NCBI GenBank assembly: GCA_043788035.1
Contig: JAYVUJ010000071.1
Span: 1-33,204 of the forward strand
Direction of reading: 5' to 3'
DNA length: 33,204 nt
From: Ferruginibacter sp.
GTDB lineage: Bacteria > Bacteroidota > Bacteroidia > Chitinophagales > Chitinophagaceae
The notes under the pieces were generated by a model, which saw nothing but the letters and a program-made list of their open reading frames with translations, made no database searches and was not told the DNA's origin. Numbering within the stretch: position 1 is the first letter of the stretch; the number at the start of each line of letters is the position of its first letter. The position numbers and the translations under genes were made by a program. This document shows, piece by piece, positions 9,466 through 16,890 of the stretch.

Positions 9466-9503
9466 TGCACAACGGTCTGACGCCCTCGTCTGTCCGTTGT
9501 GCA
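9466..9503 (+). repeat. REP-like palindrome, copy 1
   Basis: TGCACAACGG-tCTGACGCCCTCGTCTGt-CCGTTGTGCA; the 16-nt core matches the copy at 32726-32741 (minus strand) at 15/16. Confidence 0.7.
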
Positions 9504-9633
9504 AGCAGGATGCAGCCGTAAATAAAAGCACTTTGAATTGAAGAGGTGTACCAAAAAGGTATGACGTACAAGTAAGTGACACAACGATGATGGCTATGGC
9601 TGCTGTATTTCTCCGGACAATAAAAAAACAAAC

Positions 9634-9660
9634 AAAAAACGGAGCATTCCTACTCCGTTC
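9634..9660 (-). terminator. Intrinsic terminator of the TonB-dependent receptor
   Basis: Minus strand GAACGGAGTA-GGAA-TGCTCCGTTTTTT: stem, GNRA loop, U-tract. Confidence 0.75.
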
Positions 9661-9684
9661 TTAGTATGTAAAAAAAATAAAAAA

Positions 9685-12087
9685 TTATTTTTCTTTAACC
9701 TTGTAACTCAACGGGATATTGAGTTTGATACCAAAATTTCGTCCCATATTAAATACACCAATTCGCCCTGTTGCCAAATTTTCATCTGCATATTTTAACC
9801 TGCTTAAATGATTTTGATAAGCCACATCGCCGAGGTTATTGCCTGAGATACTTAGGGTAAATAATGTTTTTCCATTGGCTATGATATCCGCACCCACGCC
9901 TATATTCAGCAACGTATAGCCTGGTGTAGGTGTTTCTGTATTATAAGCTGTAAACACATCTTTTTTAGCGAAAGTATTATCTGCCTCCAACTTTAAATAG
10001 AAGTTATGAATATTGGTGCTGATCTTTTTGAAGTTAGTGCGTATTTCAGAAATCAACCTGGGCGCTGGTATAAATGGCAGGTATTTTGAACCTTCCAACG
10101 GATTTTTTAAATGCCCCGATACTAAGGAGAAAGTGTTTTCAACATGTAGCCAGTCTAATGGGTGCGGATGGATATCCAGTGTTATTTCCATGCCGCTTAA
10201 TACCGCTTTTTGCTGATCGAATTTAAAGGCCGATAATTTTTGCCCATTAACAAGCAGCGTCGAGTCTCCGCCATTGAATCCTTGTAATTTTCTGTATAAA
10301 ATAAAATTGCTGAAGTTGTTATAAAAGCCAGAAACGCCTACTGATACATGTTCTGTATTAAAATCAAGCCCTGCATCAAATTGTGAGCTGAGCTCGCTTT
10401 TTAAGTTTGCATCACCATATTCGTAACGGATGGTGCCTTCATGCGCACCGTTGCTGCTGAGCTCCGGAATGCTTGGTGCACGAAAGCCTCTCGCCGCATT
10501 TAGTTTTAAATTGAAGTGGTTGGTAAGTTGTATTGCTGCACCAACACTGCCGGAATAATTAGAAAAATTCTTTTGAAAAGCGGCACCTTTTATTGCAGTG
10601 CCATCCATCAGGTTTTTTACATTGATGTGCCTTGTATCGTACCGGACACCGCCGCTCAGTGTTAATTTTTTAATAGTTTTTTGTGTGTATAAATAACCGC
10701 CAATATCAAACAGCCCGTAATTAGGTATTAATTGCTCAACGCCTTTGTTAGTATTTTGCTGCTTCATGCCATTTATGCCGATAGAAGTTTTCCAGCCATT
10801 TTTATCAGCCAAATGAAATTGAACAGTGTATGTAATCGTCTTTAAATCAAAAAATAATGCCCTTTCAGTCAGGTCATCTGGGTTGCCAAATTCTTCTCTC
10901 TGGTTGTGCTGAAAACCAATATTAAACAGCAAATGATTTTGGCCCAGCTTAATGTTGTTATCAGTAGCAATTTTAAAATGACGGATGTGCTGGTAAGGTA
11001 TTTCAGGCGTAGTGCTATTAAAATCAGCATCGGTCGCACGTACTTCGGTACCACCTGCTACTTGTTTAATAAAGTAGCCTTCCGCATCCCTTGCCCCTTC
11101 TACCAACCCGGCATGCAGGTTAAAATTACTAAACAACAAATGGCTGTAACCCCAGCTGCCATTGTATCCTGCATAGCCGCCAAAATTCTTTTCATAAAAT
11201 TTCGAGTTAAATACACGCCCATCGTATTTGTTCTTATAATCTGCTGCCGCAACAGTAGAGCCATACAAATTCCAGTTAATGCCTTTAATGTTGCCGGCGA
11301 TATTGCCATTAAAAGTCCGGGCTTTATTGTTAGTTTGGTAATTAGAGAAAAGGTTAGCCTTGATGGTATTTTCTTGCACAGGCACATTGGTTATAATATT
11401 GATTACGCCGGCAGTTGCATCGCTGCCATAAATTAACGAAGCAGGGCCTTTTAATATTTCTACTTTGTTTACGCTCGCCTCATCTACTTCAATGCCATGC
11501 TCATCGCCCCATTGCTGCCCTTCTTGCCGTACGCCATCGTTAATGGTAAGCACACGGTTATAACTTAGCCCGCGGATAACTGGTTTTGAAATTGCAGGGC
11601 CGGTTGATAAAGTTGATACGCCAGGCTTTTTTGCCAGTGCTTCAATAATATTGGTGGAAGAACTTTGCATCAACTCTTCTTTACGCATTACGGTTATTTG
11701 AAAAGGTACTTTTTTAGATTGTGTTGCAGTACCAATGCCAGTAACTACAACGGCATTATTTTCTGCTATCGATTCAACCAGCGCAAAATCTTTTTTGGTA
11801 CCTGTAGTAATATCTATCGATTCAATAACAGAAGTGTATCCAATAAAAGAAACTTCTATCAAATGCCTGCCTTCTGGTAAGTTCTTAAAATCAAATTGTC
11901 CCTGGGCATTGGAAGAACTGCCAGATTTTATATCTGAAATGAAGATGGATGCGCCTTGCAAAGGAAGGTTTGTCTTTGCATCGGTAATTATACCGCTAAA
12001 TGAGCCACGCAAAATTGGTTTTCCATCTTTACTAAAAACAGTAAAAGCGCTTAAAAAAAACAAGGCAATAAATAAGGCTAATTTCAT
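9685..12087 (-). CDS. TonB-dependent receptor, probably for metal (zinc) uptake
   Basis: Signal peptide MKLALF...; carboxypeptidase-regulatory-like N-domain; plug motifs KPVIRGL, QQWGDEHG, VEILKGPASLIYGSDA; barrel motifs GFRAP, GAHEGT, HPHP, MGRNF. ATG 12087 is preferred over the TTG at 12111. Confidence 0.9.
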   Translation of the reverse strand: MKLALFIALFFLSAFTVFSKDGKPILRGSFSGIITDAKTNLPLQGASIFISDIKSGSSSNAQGQFDFKNLPEGRHLIEVSFIGYTSVIESIDITTGTKKDFALVESIAENNAVVVTGIGTATQSKKVPFQITVMRKEELMQSSSTNIIEALAKKPGVSTLSTGPAISKPVIRGLSYNRVLTINDGVRQEGQQWGDEHGIEVDEASVNKVEILKGPASLIYGSDATAGVINIITNVPVQENTIKANLFSNYQTNNKARTFNGNIAGNIKGINWNLYGSTVAAADYKNKYDGRVFNSKFYEKNFGGYAGYNGSWGYSHLLFSNFNLHAGLVEGARDAEGYFIKQVAGGTEVRATDADFNSTTPEIPYQHIRHFKIATDNNIKLGQNHLLFNIGFQHNQREEFGNPDDLTERALFFDLKTITYTVQFHLADKNGWKTSIGINGMKQQNTNKGVEQLIPNYGLFDIGGYLYTQKTIKKLTLSGGVRYDTRHINVKNLMDGTAIKGAAFQKNFSNYSGSVGAAIQLTNHFNLKLNAARGFRAPSIPELSSNGAHEGTIRYEYGDANLKSELSSQFDAGLDFNTEHVSVGVSGFYNNFSNFILYRKLQGFNGGDSTLLVNGQKLSAFKFDQQKAVLSGMEITLDIHPHPLDWLHVENTFSLVSGHLKNPLEGSKYLPFIPAPRLISEIRTNFKKISTNIHNFYLKLEADNTFAKKDVFTAYNTETPTPGYTLLNIGVGADIIANGKTLFTLSISGNNLGDVAYQNHLSRLKYADENLATGRIGVFNMGRNFGIKLNIPLSYKVKEK

Positions 12088-12103
12088 TAATTTAAATTTT
12101 ATA

Positions 12104-12151
12104 TGAAACAATGTTGCAAATATAGAAGATTATTTTTGCAACATTGTTTAA
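12104..12151. promoter_or_regulatory. Two TGCAAC-N3-GTTGCA-type operators (Fur/Zur-family candidates) overlapping the receptor's -7 element
   Basis: TGAAAC-AAT-GTTGCA 12104-12118 and TGCAAC-ATT-GTTTAA 12137-12151; minus-strand TATATTTG at 12117-12124. Confidence 0.65.
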
Positions 12152-12165
12152 TTTATTTTGCAAAT

Positions 12166-12198
12166 AAAAAAGTTCCAATTGATAACAGGAACTTTTTT
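12166..12198 (-). terminator. Intrinsic terminator of the thiolase gene
   Basis: AAAAAAGTTCC...GGAACTTTTTT inverted repeat 25 nt past the stop. Confidence 0.75.
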
Positions 12199-12223
12199 GT
12201 AGTTAAATAACATAAAGAAAACA

Positions 12224-13402
12224 TCAGTCAATATGCTCAATAATACCTGCAATGCCCTGTCCGCCGCCAACACACGCCGTTACGATACCGTATTTTTTTT
12301 GCAGCCTCTTCATATCATTTATCAGTTGTATAGTTAGTTTGCAGCCGGTGCAGCCTAGCGGATGCCCCAGCGCAATTGCTCCTCCGTTAATATTTACAAT
12401 TTCAGGGTTTAATTCAAGTTCACGTATAACGGCTAAAGATTGCGATGCAAATGCTTCGTTTAATTCTATTAAATCAATAGCAGCAAGCGCCATGCCTGCC
12501 TGCCTTAAAACCTTCGGCACTGCTTGTACCGGACCCATGCCCATAATACGGGGGTGTACGCCTGCACTGGCACAATTAACTAAACGTGCAATGGGTTTTA
12601 AGCCCAGCTCATTAATCATCCGTTCGCTCATTACAATGACAAATGCAGCGCCATCGCTTGTTTGTGACGAATTGCCCGCTGTTATGCAACCACCTGCTGC
12701 AAAGGCAGGTTTTAGTTTTGCCAATCCTTCAACAGAGGTATCCGCACGCACGCCTTCATCGGTATCTACCACAAAACTTTTTTGCTGCTTTTTGCCTTTA
12801 TCATCTAAATAAACCTGTTGTACGGTAATGGGTAAAATGCCACTTTTAAAAAAACCACTTTTAATGGCGTTGCCCGCTTTTACATGGCTGTTAAAACTAA
12901 AAAAATCCTGGTCTTCCCTGCTGACATTATGTTCTTTGGCAACCGCTTCGGCAGTTAAGCCCATATTTAAATAAAAATCCGGTTCGTCTATTGCTATAGC
13001 GTAAGAAGGGGACGTTTTCCATCCTGCAGTAGGTACCATCGACATGCTTTCCACGCCGCCTGCTATGATACATTCCGCCATGCCGCTCCTTATTTTTGCC
13101 GTTGCCATGGCGATACTTTCCAGCCCGCTTGCGCAATACCTGTTAATAGTAATTCCTGGCGCATGTATGCCCACCGCTTTTGCAGATATCATCCTGCCAA
13201 CCTGTAAGCCTTGCTCCGCCTCAGGTACAGCGTTGCCAACAATTACATCGTCTACCCTTTTTACATCCAGTTGCGGCACGCTGGCGAGCAGGCCTTTAAT
13301 TACATCAATAGCTAAATCATCGGGACGGGTAAACCGAAAGCCGCCTTTTTTGCTTTTGGCAATGGCCGTCCTAAAACCTGCAATTATATAAGCTTCCTGC
13401 AT
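12224..13402 (-). CDS. Acetyl-CoA C-acyltransferase (3-ketoacyl-CoA thiolase, FadA-like)
   Basis: INRYCASG (catalytic Cys), ELNEAFA, GGAIALGHPLG and TACVGGGQG. Likely start MQEAYII at 13402. Confidence 0.93.
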   Translation of the reverse strand: MQEAYIIAGFRTAIAKSKKGGFRFTRPDDLAIDVIKGLLASVPQLDVKRVDDVIVGNAVPEAEQGLQVGRMISAKAVGIHAPGITINRYCASGLESIAMATAKIRSGMAECIIAGGVESMSMVPTAGWKTSPSYAIAIDEPDFYLNMGLTAEAVAKEHNVSREDQDFFSFNSHVKAGNAIKSGFFKSGILPITVQQVYLDDKGKKQQKSFVVDTDEGVRADTSVEGLAKLKPAFAAGGCITAGNSSQTSDGAAFVIVMSERMINELGLKPIARLVNCASAGVHPRIMGMGPVQAVPKVLRQAGMALAAIDLIELNEAFASQSLAVIRELELNPEIVNINGGAIALGHPLGCTGCKLTIQLINDMKRLQKKYGIVTACVGGGQGIAGIIEHID

Positions 13403-13547
13403 TACCGTAATATTTTTATAGTCATTAAAATTGAGTGATAACGATCGTAAATAATTAAATAGTTGTTTATGCAACTTTATGTACTCAAAGTTATAATTTC
13501 TCATTGAAAACAAAAAACTGAAAAGCCTGCCTTAATTTTACCGGTAT

Positions 13548-14591
13548 ATGTATAAATTACTACGTTCTTTTTTGTTTTTGTTTGATGCTGAAAAAGTGCA
13601 TTATTTTTCGATGGATGCGTTAAAATTTTTCTGCAAGATATCTTTGGTAAAAGGCTTGATTGCTAAAAATTATACGCCATCATCTGCGCCAGCAACTAAA
13701 ATCTTAGGGCTTGAATTTAAAAATCCTGTTGGGCTGGGCGCAGGCTTTGATAAAAATGCTAAATACTTACATGAGCTGCAAGCATTGGGTTTTGGCTTTG
13801 TTGAAATTGGTACTGTAACACCAGTGCCACAAGCGGGAAACGATAGCCCTAGATTGTTTCGCCTGCCAAAAGACAAGGCACTGATAAACAGGATGGGCTT
13901 TAATAATGATGGTATAGAAGTAGTCGTAGAAAGACTAAAAGAATGGAACATAAAGGCTGCAGCCAGTAATGGCCGGCGGTTAATAATTGGCGGCAACATC
14001 GGCAAAAATAAAGTTACGCCTAACGAAGATGCATGGAAAGATTATGAAGCCTGCTTTACTGCGTTGCACCAACATGTTGATTATTTTGTGGTAAATGTAA
14101 GCAGCCCCAATACGCCGGGCTTAAGGGAATTACAGGAAAAAGAATCATTGGCAAAGATTTTGAAAAATTTGCAGCAATTAAATAAAGCAACGGATAAGCC
14201 TAAAGCAATATTATTAAAAATTGCGCCAGACTTAACCATCGGGCAAATTGACGATGTGGTAGATTTGGCGTTAGAAATAAATCTGGATGGCCTTGTAGCA
14301 ACTAATACAACTATAAACCGCTCTACGCTTATTACCGATGAAAAAACGTTGGAAACCATTGGTGCAGGCGGGTTAAGCGGAAAGCCGCTTGAAAAGCAAA
14401 GTACAGAAATAATTGATTATATTAATAAAAGGACAGACGGGCGGCTGCCAATAATTGCCAGCGGCGGTATTTTTAATGGTACCGATGCGCAGAAAAAAAT
14501 GGCAGCAGGTGCTTCGTTAGTTCAGGTTTGGACGGGGTTTATTTACCAAGGACCATCAATAGTAAAAAATATTTGTAAGTTGATTAAGTAG
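13548..14591 (+). CDS. pyrD: Quinone-dependent dihydroorotate dehydrogenase (class 2)
   Basis: GLGAGFDKN, LINRMGFNN, NIGKNK, VNVSSPNTPGLR, LKIAPDL and GGLSG motifs. Confidence 0.96.
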   Translation: MYKLLRSFLFLFDAEKVHYFSMDALKFFCKISLVKGLIAKNYTPSSAPATKILGLEFKNPVGLGAGFDKNAKYLHELQALGFGFVEIGTVTPVPQAGNDSPRLFRLPKDKALINRMGFNNDGIEVVVERLKEWNIKAAASNGRRLIIGGNIGKNKVTPNEDAWKDYEACFTALHQHVDYFVVNVSSPNTPGLRELQEKESLAKILKNLQQLNKATDKPKAILLKIAPDLTIGQIDDVVDLALEINLDGLVATNTTINRSTLITDEKTLETIGAGGLSGKPLEKQSTEIIDYINKRTDGRLPIIASGGIFNGTDAQKKMAAGASLVQVWTGFIYQGPSIVKNICKLIK

Positions 14592-14596
14592 GTTTG
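14589..14596 (+). promoter_or_regulatory. -7 element (TAGGTTTG) for the TerC gene, overlapping the pyrD stop codon
   Basis: Exact TAnnTTTG starting at the pyrD TAG. Confidence 0.55.
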
Positions 14597-14615
14597 CGCT
14601 TTAAAATTTTCATTC

Positions 14616-15413
14616 ATGAGTGCATTATTTACATCTGAAAGCATCATTAGTTTTTTTATATTGGTGATATTGGAAATTGTTTTGGGTATTGATAATGTGA
14701 TATTCGTTAGCATCATTATTAACCGGTTACCAAAAGATAAAGAAAAAGCTGCGCGCAGGCTTTGGATAATAACGGGCATTATTGTACGCAGTTTATTATT
14801 GATGGCGCTAAGCTGGCTGCTCACTCAAAAAGGTAAGCCTGTCTTTACAATTTTAAATAAAGGGTTCGATTTGGCAAGCCTTGTAATGCTTGCCGGCGGC
14901 TTGTTTTTAATATATAAAACGGTAAGGGAAATACACCAAAAATTAGAAGGCGAAGAAGAAGGCTACGGCGAGGCTAATAAGCCAAAAATAACGCTGGGCA
15001 AGGCGATGGTGCAAATCATTTTAATAGATATGGTATTTTCCTTTGATAGCATCATTACCGCTGGCGGCACCGCAAGCCATGTTCAAATTATGATAGCTGC
15101 GGTAGTAATTGCAATGTTCATTATGTTTTTATTCAGCCCTGTTATTTCTTCCTTTATCCATAAGCACCCAGCGCTAAAAATGCTTGCTTTGTCTTTTTTG
15201 GTGATGATTGGTTTATCGCTGGTAATAGAAGGCTGGGATTCAGAAAAAGCACATAATTTAAATTTAAAAAACTACATCTATTTTGGTATGGCTTTTTCTT
15301 TTTTGGTAGAAGTGCTAAATATTACGGTGATGAAAAGGCAGAAGAAACGCAAAGTGGTTACTTTAAATGAACCTATGATTAGTGATGGAAATGATTCTGA
15401 CCAGGCTAGTTAG
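14616..15413 (+). CDS. TerC family membrane protein
   Basis: LEIVLGIDNVIF, QIILIDMVFSFDSIITA and HPALKMLAL motifs. Confidence 0.92.
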   Translation: MSALFTSESIISFFILVILEIVLGIDNVIFVSIIINRLPKDKEKAARRLWIITGIIVRSLLLMALSWLLTQKGKPVFTILNKGFDLASLVMLAGGLFLIYKTVREIHQKLEGEEEGYGEANKPKITLGKAMVQIILIDMVFSFDSIITAGGTASHVQIMIAAVVIAMFIMFLFSPVISSFIHKHPALKMLALSFLVMIGLSLVIEGWDSEKAHNLNLKNYIYFGMAFSFLVEVLNITVMKRQKKRKVVTLNEPMISDGNDSDQAS

Positions 15414-15419
15414 CAAGGC

Positions 15420-15643
15420 TTTGCCACCTGCAGCAGTAGTTAAGTATTATTTAATAATTGAAAATCCCAAAAATTTGTTCCTATTTATTATGTTATGTAT
15501 ATGAATACTGACGTTTGGTATAGGGCTGTCAAAAAGTTTAGCCAGCTGATTTTAATTCATCCATAAAGTGCCATCTTTAGTTAGCTGGGATACCCTTGCT
15601 TGCCATCTTGTGTATTATAAATGCCGATATTGTTTTGTTCCAC
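15420..15643 (-). pseudogene. Truncated, degraded RhuM-family protein (N-terminal about 75 codons)
   Basis: From GTG 15643: MEQNNIGIYNTQDGK, frameshift, RVSQLTKDGTLWMN*NQLAKLFDSPIPNVSIHIHNII...FSIIK*YLTTAAGGK. This fits the RhuM N-terminal pattern IIIY..DG...vWl.Q.QlAeLF....niS.Hi.NI...Svvk..lTTAaDGK. Confidence 0.78.
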
Positions 15644-15663
15644 TATTGTACTGGTACAATTAT

Positions 15664-16371
15664 TTATTTGTGCAAACAAAGCAATGTAGCTGCCACAACA
15701 CCCGCCGTTTCTGTCCGCAACCTTGTATCGCCTAAAGCCACTGGCAAAAACTTATTTTGTAAAGCTGCGGCTATTTCTTCTTTTGTAAAATCACCTTCAG
15801 GCCCAATAACAATAAAGCTTTCAAGATTAGCGCCTGATAATTTACTACTTAACTGCTCTTTCATCCCTTCTTCGCAATGTGCAATAAATTTTTGCTGCGC
15901 AGATGCGGAAAGTGTTTCCATAAACTTTGTTGGCTCGTGTAGTGTTGGCAACCAGGCTTGCTGCGATTGTAGCATAGCGCTTATCACAATATTTTTCATC
16001 CTATCGTACCGAAAATGTTGTTTTTCTGTTCGGGCGCACAACATCGGTATCACTTCTGTAACGCCAATTTCTGTTGCTTTTTCTAAAAACCATTCAAACC
16101 GGGTACTATTTTTCACCAATGAAATACCAATGCTTATTTTTTTTAGAAGGGCTGGTTGGGTAGAAGATGATAATATGGTTACCGAACATTTTTTGCGGTC
16201 ATTGTCAGTTATGTCAGCAATAAATACAGTGCCTTTGCCATCTGTTAATTGCAGCGGCTCGCCATTTTGCATGCGCAATACCTGCACCACATGTTTGGAG
16301 GTTTCTTCGTTTAAGACAAATTGCTTTGTAATTATTTTAATTTCATCTGAATAAAAAAAGGGAAGTGGCAT
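15664..16371 (-). CDS. rsmE: 16S rRNA m3U1498 methyltransferase
   Basis: HVVQVLRM, FEWFLEKATEIGV, IGPEGDF and LGDTRLRTETAG motifs. Confidence 0.96.
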   Translation of the reverse strand: MPLPFFYSDEIKIITKQFVLNEETSKHVVQVLRMQNGEPLQLTDGKGTVFIADITDNDRKKCSVTILSSSTQPALLKKISIGISLVKNSTRFEWFLEKATEIGVTEVIPMLCARTEKQHFRYDRMKNIVISAMLQSQQAWLPTLHEPTKFMETLSASAQQKFIAHCEEGMKEQLSSKLSGANLESFIVIGPEGDFTKEEIAAALQNKFLPVALGDTRLRTETAGVVAATLLCLHK

Positions 16372-16388
16372 TATAAAATTGTAAGTAA

Positions 16389-16592
16389 CTATTGATTTAG
16401 AAAACTCTTTTTATCTTTTGTAGCAATTACTTTAATGATGCCTATTAAAACAGCAATCATTAAAAATGAAGAAACCGCTAATAACCAATCAGCGTTGGAA
16501 GTATGCATAATCTTTGCCAATGTGCCAAGTGTACGTAGCCCCACACCAACCAAAAAAAGTACGATAATGTATTTATATTTCAGTTTGCGCAT
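16389..16592 (-). CDS. Small two-TM protein resembling the GldL N-terminal domain
   Basis: 67 aa, two hydrophobic helices, GTLAKIMH..ADWLL (compare GalfKi.Hw..a..ll). Confidence 0.6.
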   Translation of the reverse strand: MRKLKYKYIIVLFLVGVGLRTLGTLAKIMHTSNADWLLAVSSFLMIAVLIGIIKVIATKDKKSFLNQ

Positions 16593-16593
16593 T

Positions 16594-16836
16594 TCAAAAA
16601 CTAAATATTTTGTTCATCCTTTCTTTAAAATCTTCCAAACTATAACTTGCTGTTTTTTCTGCAATATGGTCGGCTTCTTTACTTTCTAAATCCTTCAAAA
16701 CTACATCCTAATATAAATCGGCTTTTTAAAATGAGATTTCTGTTACAAAAAATATAAAGATCCCAGCATTTTCTCATCATTAATATCTTCTGCCCTTTGG
16801 TGTAATTTTTTTTATCGATACGGCGGGCTGTTGCAT
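16594..16836 (-). pseudogene. Degraded addiction-module antitoxin-like gene
   Basis: From ATG 16836: MQQPAVSIK, shift in an A-run, KLHQRAEDINDEKMLGSLYFL*QKSHF, shift, ADLY*DVVLKDLESKEADHIAEKTASYSLEDFKERMNKIFSF*. A TAAATTTA -7-like element lies at 16852-16859. Confidence 0.62.
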
Positions 16837-16890
16837 ATCTTTTAGCTTATGTAAATTTAATTCTTCATTATCAACCCAAAAAAATCTACA

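Noticed and set aside
9437-9631. 64-aa minus-strand ORF
   Set aside because: TTG start just past a terminator, no recognisable motif, and it overlaps palindromic repeat DNA.
13403-13513. 37-aa N-terminal extension of the thiolase
   Set aside because: AT-rich divergent promoter region; the thiolase fold starts at MQEAYII.
15596-16354. 252-aa plus-strand ORF and similar long antisense ORFs (12252-12812, 22728-23288, 10906-11436)
   Set aside because: Shadows opposite well-supported genes, with no motifs of their own.
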